A stretch of 64,000 nt of DNA from an uncultured delta proteobacterium. GTDB lineage: Bacteria; Desulfobacterota; Binatia; Binatales; Binataceae. The notes below the pieces were generated by a model that worked only from the letters and a program-made list of their open reading frames with translations, had not been told where the DNA came from and ran no database searches. Every line of letters begins with the position of its first letter. The stretch's first letter is position 1. The DNA is taken from assembly GCA_963842085.1 (NCBI GenBank), contig CAWJET010000001.1, forward strand, positions 1,120,001 through 1,184,000, written 5' to 3'. Shown here piece by piece: positions 28,908 through 36,332 of the stretch. The position numbers and the translations under genes are program-made.

Positions 28908-30815
28908 GTGACTAACGCACTCCTATCGCGAATCGAACTACGCTTTCTCGACGCCGCCGGCCGTCCGCGCACGCTCGGGCTCGTCGCGCCTTTCGCGGCG
29001 CACGAATCGAGCGCCGAGCGCGACGGCCTGACGCTCTCCGCCCGTGTGGAACACGCGCTCGGCGGCGCCATCGTGCGCGCGGCCATCGCCAATCGCGGCG
29101 CCAACGCCGTCCGGCTCACGTCCGCGATCTTCGAAGTCGAGACCGGCTTCGCGCCGACCGCACAGGCGCGATTCTTCAAGCACGGCTACCAGTCATGGAG
29201 CGCCTCGGGCGGCTACGACGTAGGCGGGTCGCAAACTCATCCGCGCGACACCGCCCATGTCATCATTCGCGTCAATCACCAAAGCGAGCCGGCGCGGCCG
29301 TCCGAATTTCCCGAGGCGCAGACCTCCGAACTTTTTACGATCGTCGAAAGCAGCAGTGCGGCGGAGCGCGTGCTGGCGGGATTCGTCGGCGCCGCCGCTT
29401 CGCTTTCAACTCTGACCATCACCAGTCCCGAAAAAATAATTGCCCGCGCGATCCTCGACGACGTGACCCTCGCGCCGGGCGCGCATCGCGAACTGGATCC
29501 GCTGTTCATCGCCGCCGCCGAAGATTCCGCCGCGCGCATGGCCGCGCGATGGGCCGACGCAACCGGGCGCTGGATGAACGCGCGCGTGAGTGCGCCGTTC
29601 CAGCGTGGATGGTGCTCCTGGTACCACTACTTTCACGCGATCACCGAGGACGCGCTGCGCGCCAACCTCAAGGCGCTCGAAGCGATGCGCTCCGAGTTCC
29701 CGCTGGACGTAATTCAGCTCGACGACGGCTTTCAGTCCGCGCTGGGCGACTGGGACACCACCAACGCGAAGTTTCCGGGCGGCCTGAAAAAAATCGCCGG
29801 CGAAATTCGCGCCGCGGGATTCAAGGCAGGCATCTGGACTGCGCCGTTCCTCGCCGCTCGCGACGCGCGCCTGATGATCGATCATCCCGACTGGTTCATC
29901 ATGCACGCAGAGACCAGCGAACCCGCTCGCGCCGGCTACAATCCGAACTGGACCACGAGCGACGACAAGTTCGCGTACGCGCTCGACGCGAGCAACCCGG
30001 CATTCCTCGCGCACCTGCGCCGCCTGTTCGCGAAGCTCACACGCGACTTCGGTTACTCGTATCTGAAACTCGATTTTCTTTACGCCGCCGCCGCGCCTAG
30101 CCGGCGTCACGACACAAGTCTCACGCGCGGCGAGACGTTGCGCCGCGGCCTCGAGGCGATTCGCGCCGGCGCCGGCGACGACGCATTCATCCTCGGATGC
30201 GGCTGCCCGATTGGCCAGGCGGTCGGCCTCGTGGACGGGATGCGCATCGGCCCCGACGTTTCGCCGTTCTGGGGCTCGACCGCTTCCGGAGCGGGCGACC
30301 CGTCAACGGTTTACGCGCTCGACGCGATCATCGCGCGCAGCTTCATACATCGGCGGCTGTGGCTGAACGACCCCGACTGTCTGATGCTGCGCGCGCGCGA
30401 AACTCGCCTCACCGCCGACGAGCGCGCAGCGCTGGCCGCAACTATCGCCGCCAGCGGTGGGATGCTCCTCATTTCCGACGACATGAGCCTGCTCGATGCC
30501 GAAGCGGAGAAATTGTTTCGCGCGGTTGCGGAAATCGCCGTCGAGATCGATTCCAACGCGGCGCGCGAACCGGTCCTCGCGCTCGATCTGATGGCCTCTG
30601 GCGATATCCGCGGGGTGATCACGCAAACTGACGCGGGTGCGGTCGCGATGCTTTTGAATCGCGGCGACTCGCCCGCGCGAGTGCAAACCTCCGATCTGAA
30701 CCTGGGCGCAGGTGAAACGGTCGCGCTCGATCTCGCCGTCGACGAGAAAATTGAAATATTCGATACGATCGATCTCCCGCCGCACTCTGCGCGCATCCTG
30801 CGCATCAAGCGCTAG
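28908..30815 (+). CDS. Glycoside hydrolase family 36 (alpha-galactosidase-like)
   Basis: GYQSWS, GWCSWY, QLDDG.Q, KFP.G, GIW.APF, YLKLDF nucleophile, MRIGPD acid/base, NDPDCL. Confidence 0.9.
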   Translation: MTNALLSRIELRFLDAAGRPRTLGLVAPFAAHESSAERDGLTLSARVEHALGGAIVRAAIANRGANAVRLTSAIFEVETGFAPTAQARFFKHGYQSWSASGGYDVGGSQTHPRDTAHVIIRVNHQSEPARPSEFPEAQTSELFTIVESSSAAERVLAGFVGAAASLSTLTITSPEKIIARAILDDVTLAPGAHRELDPLFIAAAEDSAARMAARWADATGRWMNARVSAPFQRGWCSWYHYFHAITEDALRANLKALEAMRSEFPLDVIQLDDGFQSALGDWDTTNAKFPGGLKKIAGEIRAAGFKAGIWTAPFLAARDARLMIDHPDWFIMHAETSEPARAGYNPNWTTSDDKFAYALDASNPAFLAHLRRLFAKLTRDFGYSYLKLDFLYAAAAPSRRHDTSLTRGETLRRGLEAIRAGAGDDAFILGCGCPIGQAVGLVDGMRIGPDVSPFWGSTASGAGDPSTVYALDAIIARSFIHRRLWLNDPDCLMLRARETRLTADERAALAATIAASGGMLLISDDMSLLDAEAEKLFRAVAEIAVEIDSNAAREPVLALDLMASGDIRGVITQTDAGAVAMLLNRGDSPARVQTSDLNLGAGETVALDLAVDEKIEIFDTIDLPPHSARILRIKR

Positions 30816-30861
30816 CGGATAAATCGATCACGCTCGCACCCGGTCCAGCATGCAAGACGGC
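30805..30861. repeat. Left copy of 57-bp direct repeat (att-like; displaced galK 3' end)
   Basis: 52/57 identical to 32874-32930, perfect core 30821-30857; minus strand encodes AVLHAGPGASVIDLSASA*. Confidence 0.92.
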
Positions 30862-30869
30862 CTCCTAGG

Positions 30870-31094
30870 TCACTCTCTCAGCAATGCAAGGAATTCGCCG
30901 GGGCTCATTTCAACGGTCCGGAGAATAGCCCGGAGCGTCCCTCGATCGAGTTCTGGATGAAGTGGCACTGTTACCGGATTTCGATAGGGGCACGCCAAGC
31001 ACACGTGGCTCCCCTTTTGACGCGTCTGTCGATACCCCATCTTGCTCAGAGCGGCGATGCATTCACCGCCAGAAATGACGGGTAATCGGATCAC
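30870..31094 (-). CDS. HicA-family toxin (type II TA)
   Basis: LPVISG.E...AL.K.GY...RQKGSHV.L, VTVP.H.EL.RGTL..IL; GTG start overlaps the upstream stop. Confidence 0.9.
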   Translation of the reverse strand: MIRLPVISGGECIAALSKMGYRQTRQKGSHVCLACPYRNPVTVPLHPELDRGTLRAILRTVEMSPGEFLALLRE

Positions 31095-31573
31095 TGCTTC
31101 TGGCTTGGCACCAAGTGCAAGCCCGGCTTACGACGATTTCTCTGAGCTTTCTCACGGCTCCGCTTTTCGAATTTCTCGATTATTTCCTTGGCGAACGGTT
31201 CCGCCGCGCGAGCCAAGCCGGCGAGGCGATATTCGTTGGATTTATTTCCACCATTCGGGTATTTCCGCGCGACCCTCTCTAACAGTTTCCTTGATTCCAA
31301 GCGAGCGATTATCCGCTGGATCGACCGCGGACGCATTCGCATCCTGGTTGCTATAAGTCCTTTCGAAGGATACGGATGGCGCTCCGGGTCCCACCAGTGG
31401 TCCGCGATCTGCAGCAAGACGTTCAACTGAGTACTGCTGAGCCGAAGCTGATCTTGAAACTGAATTACCGCTGAGGGAAAGCCGACCCAACCGGCCCGCA
31501 TATTGAGCTTGCCCCACTTCCGGACGAGCTTATGTTCGTTCTGGTCCGCCGCGGCCTTTTCTTGCTTCTTCAT
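31091..31573 (-). CDS. Winged helix-turn-helix protein (replication-initiator/HTH_36-like)
   Basis: LSSTQLNVLLQI..HWW, PYPSK..IA.RM....RSIQR.I..LE...LL.R..R....GG..SN.Y.L. Confidence 0.75.
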   Translation of the reverse strand: MKKQEKAAADQNEHKLVRKWGKLNMRAGWVGFPSAVIQFQDQLRLSSTQLNVLLQIADHWWDPERHPYPSKGLIATRMRMRPRSIQRIIARLESRKLLERVARKYPNGGNKSNEYRLAGLARAAEPFAKEIIEKFEKRSREKAQRNRRKPGLHLVPSQKQ

Positions 31574-31695
31574 AAGACCAGCGTAAGTGGTCGATTAGCC
31601 GCCAGCAAGATGAGGCCGGTTCTTTGGGGGAGACTTTAGGGTCTCGGGGGCTTTGTTGTAAGTTCTGTGTGGCTCGGTGATTGTGTGTTTAGAAA

Positions 31696-31992
31696 CTATG
31701 TTTTGGGAGACCGTAATGTCCTTCCCGAGGTGACCCGGCGGACGTTCCGGGGAGGCCTCACCGGTCTCCCCACTCTGCGCGCGTCGGCAATTTTAACGTG
31801 TGCAAGGTCGTAGTGGGATGCCAGTTCCCATCCTTCCTCAGCGCGGCTTTCGAGACACAACTCGATTGCTTCCCGGATATTGCGGAGTGCCTCCCTTCGC
31901 GTGCGGCCCTGGCTAATACAGCCCGGAATCACGGGGCACTCCGCAACTACGTATCCGTCATGCCCGGCGTTGAGTATAACTGGTAGATCCAT
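31696..31992 (-). CDS. HicB-family antitoxin (short form with basic tail)
   Basis: DGYVVAECP.IPGC.SQG.T..EAL.NIREAI.L.LE. Confidence 0.9.
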   Translation of the reverse strand: MDLPVILNAGHDGYVVAECPVIPGCISQGRTRREALRNIREAIELCLESRAEEGWELASHYDLAHVKIADARRVGRPVRPPRNVRRVTSGRTLRSPKT

Positions 31993-31997
31993 TTTTT

Positions 31998-32013
31998 CAG
32001 ATAGTATCATCTG
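31998..32013 (-). promoter_or_regulatory. Extended -10 promoter (TGaTACTAT) inside a palindrome CAGAT-N6-ATCTG upstream of hicB
   Basis: Palindrome overlaps the -10; only 8 nt from the -10 to the ATG (near-leaderless). Confidence 0.5.
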
Positions 32014-32058
32014 TACCGGTTGCTCGAAAACGGCTCGCGAGCAGCAAGTCATAACTAA

Positions 32059-32839
32059 CTAAAACTGTCCCTGTCCCCTTTTGGGGACTCCCCGCAGATT
32101 CATTTCCGCTCTAAGCGCGACTTCAGTGAGCGCGCCCCAAGTGTGGGGAATATTTGCCAGCAGGCCGAATGTGATCCTGAAGTGCTGGAACAACGCTTCT
32201 ACTTCCGGATCGACCGTCATATAGAACTTACCGATTTCGTAGGCGGCGATGTCTGCAACTTGTAGTGGAGTTACCGGCTGTTCGTGGGTCTCGGCGTCGT
32301 CAACCTTATCTTCTGAAGATCGGGTGTTTCCCATACCATTCCTTACAGCGTTGCCAGAATTGTCCGGCATCTTCGTCGCCTTCTTCGAAGACATATTCCA
32401 TCGGCAAATAGTCGAGATGACGATTGGCTCGCCATTTGTGCGCGAGGTCTATGCAGGTCAGAGAACAAACGGTAAAAGGCTGTGAGTATTCGTGAAGCTG
32501 GTAAATTCGATCCGCAGCTTCATATGTCTCCTGCGACACGCTCGCGCCGATCCAGCATGCGACATGATTCACGATGATCTGCGCAAGCCGCAAAAAGAAT
32601 TGTTGCCGACGCTTTTCGTTTCGCTTCCAGCCTTTCGCAAATTGGCCGACGCTGTGCGCAAACTCACTCATACGAAAGTAGGCTAGGTCGTTATCTTCAA
32701 GCGCTTGCCGCCATTCAGCATCAAAATCCCTCCAGTCTTGAACAGTAGCAACCGCGCCAGCGACTACGGTGTACCTTTCAGCAAGCGTTCGGCTTGCATC
32801 GCAGTAAAGAGTCGGCGGATCTGGGGTAATAATCAGCAT
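32059..32839 (-). pseudogene. DUF3800-like protein split by a frameshift near 32310
   Basis: Frame 1: LYCDAS, FRMSEF, YVFEEG ... HPIFRR*; frame 2 continues DKVDD..PLQVADIAAYE (Q.AD motif). Confidence 0.7.
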
Positions 32840-32873
32840 CAGGTCATCAGAACCCAAAAAAGCGGCGCTGCCG

Positions 32874-32930
32874 TCAAGCGTTAGCAGGCAAATCGATCAC
32901 GCTCGCACCCGGTCCAGCATGCAAGATGGC
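32874..32930. repeat. Right copy of direct repeat (current galK 3' end)
   Basis: Perfect 37-bp core 32890-32926; encodes AILHAGPGASVIDLPANA*. Confidence 0.92.
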
Positions 32931-34262
32931 TCGCCAACCTTCAGGCGGAGCGCCGGGAGTAACTTTCGCGTAGTATCCGCGATCGATCGATTCGATGACC
33001 GCGGCGGCGCTCGCCAGGTCGCTCAGCGCCACAACCGAGCCGCCGAAACCCGCGCCCGTCAGCCGCGCGCCGAGCGCGCCGCCGCGCCGGGCACATTCCA
33101 CGATCGCGTCGAGCCATTTCGTGCTGCATTCGAAGTCATCGGCGAGACTCTGATGCGACGCATTCATCAGAGTTCCCATTTCCTCGAGACGCCCCGCTTC
33201 GAGTACGTCCGCCGCACGAATCACCCGCTCGGTCTCGCTCAGGACATGGCGCGCGCGTTTCAGAACTTCCAGCGGACGCTTTGAATCCAACACGATTCGC
33301 GTCGAACCCTTCCCAAGCAACTCCGCCTCGAGCGCCGACTGCGAGACGCCCAGGATGCTCGCCGCCGCTTTCAGGTCTGTGCCGAGCCGCGCCGGCGACG
33401 TCGCCGCAAGTTTCTCGACCAGGTCCGCCGCGCGCCATCCGGGGATGGCGCGGACCACGTCGCCGAGGATCGTCATGCCGTCGAGCTTGAGTGCGCCCCC
33501 GAGAATCCGGGCCGCCAACGCGCATTCGACGACGCGCCGATTGTATTCCGCGCGCACCATTCCCGACTTGTCCGCGATTTCGCGGCTGTCTGCCACGACG
33601 AGCGCTGCGTTCGCCGGCATTCTTACCGCGCGGACGCGCAGCGGGTCGAACTCGATAAACAGCGCGTGGTCGCGACGGCCGAGAATCGACGCCGCCTGAT
33701 CCATCCCGCCGGCGCGCGTGCCGACGTACCACTCGCTGCGTGCAACCATCGTCGCCGCTTCGAGCGGGTCGAGTTCGAGCTGGTTGACCGCCATGAATGC
33801 CATCGCGGTCGAAACCGTCAGCGCGGCCGATGACGACAGCCCAGCGGCCGGCGGCACGCGCCCATCGACAACCATCGAAGCGCCGCGCCAGTTGCCGCGC
33901 GCGGAGAAGCGATCGAGCACTCCCTGAATTGCGGCCTTCACGTAGTTCGCCCAATCGCCAGTTTCGTACGGCGGGATCTGGCGTTCGATCGCGAACCGGC
34001 GCGACGGCCATTCGGGGTCGGCGTTCACCAGTTCAATTTCGCCTGTCGTGTCGGCGGCGGCGACGACGATTGTCGATCGATCGATCGCGACCGGCAGCAC
34101 GGGCAGTCCGCTGTAGTCCGTGTGCTCGCCGATTAGATTGACGCGTCCCGGCGCGCGAGCCGCGAAGATTCGCGCACCCGCGCTTGCGCTCGCGCGAACT
34201 TGAGCGGCGAGGCGGGCAGCACGCGCCAACTCTTCGCGGTCCCATCCGTCAGGCAGGTTCAT
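32874..34262 (-). CDS. galK: Galactokinase (GHMP kinase)
   Basis: APGRVNLIGEHTDY, P.AAGLSSSAA, GGMDQ, RARHV.SE..RV, GARLTGAGFGG. Confidence 0.93.
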   Translation of the reverse strand: MNLPDGWDREELARAARLAAQVRASASAGARIFAARAPGRVNLIGEHTDYSGLPVLPVAIDRSTIVVAAADTTGEIELVNADPEWPSRRFAIERQIPPYETGDWANYVKAAIQGVLDRFSARGNWRGASMVVDGRVPPAAGLSSSAALTVSTAMAFMAVNQLELDPLEAATMVARSEWYVGTRAGGMDQAASILGRRDHALFIEFDPLRVRAVRMPANAALVVADSREIADKSGMVRAEYNRRVVECALAARILGGALKLDGMTILGDVVRAIPGWRAADLVEKLAATSPARLGTDLKAAASILGVSQSALEAELLGKGSTRIVLDSKRPLEVLKRARHVLSETERVIRAADVLEAGRLEEMGTLMNASHQSLADDFECSTKWLDAIVECARRGGALGARLTGAGFGGSVVALSDLASAAAVIESIDRGYYAKVTPGAPPEGWRAILHAGPGASVIDLPANA

Positions 34263-35017
34263 CGCCGCTTCCTTTTCGGCCTGAACCAGGCGCGCGCCGC
34301 CTCGAGGTCTTCCGGCGTGCCGATGTCGCTCCAGAATCCACGCATGTCGATCGCGCGCACGACGCGGCCGTCGGCGATCATCTGCGCGATTGCGGCCGGC
34401 AACTCGAGCTCGCCGCGCACCGACGGCGCAAGCCGCGCGAGGTACTCGAAAATCACCTGGCCGGTCGCGAAAAGTCCCGCGTTGTTCCACTCGGTCTTCG
34501 CGGTTCCCGGCGCCGGCTTTTCATCGAGCCGCTCGACCATCATGTGCGCGTTCAGGTAGACAGCCGCGCCGCGAAACGGATCCTTGACGCGGTTCACCGC
34601 CAGCATCAAATCGTACTCGTCGTGACGCGCGTGATGGATGAAGCGCGGGTAGTTCGCGCGGTCCATCAGAATGTCGCCCCAGCCGAAGACGAAGCGGTGT
34701 TGGCGGGCAAGCTGCGCCTTAGCCGCGAGCATCGCGCCGCCGGTCCCGTTCAATAGCGGCTGCCTGACCGTTGTGATTTTGATTCCCGGATTTTCTCGCT
34801 CATAGGTTTTCGCCCATCCTTCGATTTGCCCGGACAGGTAGCCCGTCACGACGACGAACTGGGCCAGTCCCGCGCCTGCGAGCGCGTCAACGATGTGCGA
34901 AATCAGCGGCGCACCCGCGATGTCGAGGATTGGCTTCGGCGTATCCGCCGTCAGCGCGCCCAGGCGTTTGCCGCGCCCCGCCACCAGCAGGACCGCAGTG
35001 GTAATTTCTGCCGCCAC
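34259..35017 (-). CDS. Sugar-phosphate nucleotidyltransferase (NTP_transferase family)
   Basis: LLVAGRGKRL..LT...PKP, Q..LNGTGGA, GD, EKP, S.RGE.EL, W.DIGT; stop overlaps the galK ATG. Confidence 0.88.
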   Translation of the reverse strand: MAAEITTAVLLVAGRGKRLGALTADTPKPILDIAGAPLISHIVDALAGAGLAQFVVVTGYLSGQIEGWAKTYERENPGIKITTVRQPLLNGTGGAMLAAKAQLARQHRFVFGWGDILMDRANYPRFIHHARHDEYDLMLAVNRVKDPFRGAAVYLNAHMMVERLDEKPAPGTAKTEWNNAGLFATGQVIFEYLARLAPSVRGELELPAAIAQMIADGRVVRAIDMRGFWSDIGTPEDLEAARAWFRPKRKRR

Positions 35018-35102
35018 GTCGCCCAAGATAGCACCCCGCGGGCGTTCAAGTGTGCTTGGCTGGCGGTATATAGTTGAGTAAGAGTTTAGCGAGAGTCGCC
35101 CG

Positions 35103-36275
35103 ATGTTTGGTGAGATAAATCCCCGCAAGAAAGCGCGCGCGCCGTTCATTTCGATCGAAGAAGCGCTGGAGGAAACCCGCCGCGGCCACATGATCATCCT
35201 GATGGATGACGAGCAGCGCGAGAACGAGGGCGACCTGTGCATGGCGGCCGAGAAAGTCACCCCTGAAGCGGTCAACTTCATGGCCAGGTTCGGGCGCGGG
35301 CTCATCTGCCTGCCGATGGCGGCGGAGCGAATCGACCGGCTCGGGCTCAGCATGATGATTGGCGACAACCAGGCGCCGCTTGGCACCGCATTCACGACGG
35401 CGATCACCGCGCGGCGAGCGTCGGGGTCGGGAATCTCGGCGCAGGATCGCTCGACTACGATTCTGCAGGCGGTGCGCGAGGACGCCAGCGGCGCCGAGTT
35501 CATCACCCCCGGCTACGTCTATCCGCTGCGCGCCCGCGACGGTGGGGTGCTGGTGCGCACCGGGCAAACCGAGGGCGCGGTCGATCTGGCGCGGCTGGCG
35601 GGACTAAAGCCGGCGGGCGTCATCTGCGAGATTCTGAAAGAAGACGGCACGATGGCGCGGCGCGACGATCTGGTCGAGTTCGCCAAAGTTCACGGGCTCA
35701 AGATTGTCACGGTCGCGGATATTATCGAGTACCGGCTGCGCAACGAGACGATGGTCCAGCGGATCGCGGAGGCCAGGCTGCCGACCGCGTTCGGCGAGTT
35801 CAGCGCGATCGTTTATCGCAACCTGGTCGATTACACGGAGCACCTGGTGCTGGTGATGGGCAAGGTCGATCCGAAAAAGCCGATCCTCGTGCGGGCGCAT
35901 CGCGAGTACCTGCCGGGCGACGTGTTCGGCTACTCGCTCCGCAACACCCGCAGCTTGCTGCGTTCCGCGATGGAACGGATCTCGGCGGCGGGCGAAGGCG
36001 TCTTGCTGTATCTCAAGCGCGAGTCCAACGCGCTGGCCGCGGATTTCGACGGCGGGCGTCCGGCGCGCCGCGCGACCACGCGGGCCAACACGCCCGAGGC
36101 CGATTTCCGCGATTACGGAATCGGCGCGCAGATTTTGCGTGACGTGGGCGTGCGCAAGATGATTATCATGTCGGACGCGACGCCGCGGCTGGCCAATCTG
36201 CCCGGCTACGGATTGGAGATCGTGGACTCGGTTCCGCTTTCGGCCAACGGCAAGCAGACCGGCGCCGCCAAGTAG
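35103..36275 (+). CDS. ribB: DHBP synthase fused to a degenerate GTP cyclohydrolase II domain (RibBX-type)
   Basis: DDE.RENEGD, GLIC, TAFT, GISA.DR, RTGQTE, GVICE; C-terminal domain lacks the Zn cysteines. Confidence 0.88.
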   Translation: MFGEINPRKKARAPFISIEEALEETRRGHMIILMDDEQRENEGDLCMAAEKVTPEAVNFMARFGRGLICLPMAAERIDRLGLSMMIGDNQAPLGTAFTTAITARRASGSGISAQDRSTTILQAVREDASGAEFITPGYVYPLRARDGGVLVRTGQTEGAVDLARLAGLKPAGVICEILKEDGTMARRDDLVEFAKVHGLKIVTVADIIEYRLRNETMVQRIAEARLPTAFGEFSAIVYRNLVDYTEHLVLVMGKVDPKKPILVRAHREYLPGDVFGYSLRNTRSLLRSAMERISAAGEGVLLYLKRESNALAADFDGGRPARRATTRANTPEADFRDYGIGAQILRDVGVRKMIIMSDATPRLANLPGYGLEIVDSVPLSANGKQTGAAK

Positions 36276-36332
36276 ATGCGGACTGCGATGGAACCGGGGC
36301 GCTGGCCCGTGTGGTTTAGTTTCCGGTAAACC

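Larger units (their letters stand above)
30805..32930. mobile_element. ~2.1-kb integrase-less genomic island in the galK 3' end
   Basis: Flanking direct repeats, visibly lower GC and different codon usage, TA and DUF3800-like cargo. Confidence 0.8.
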
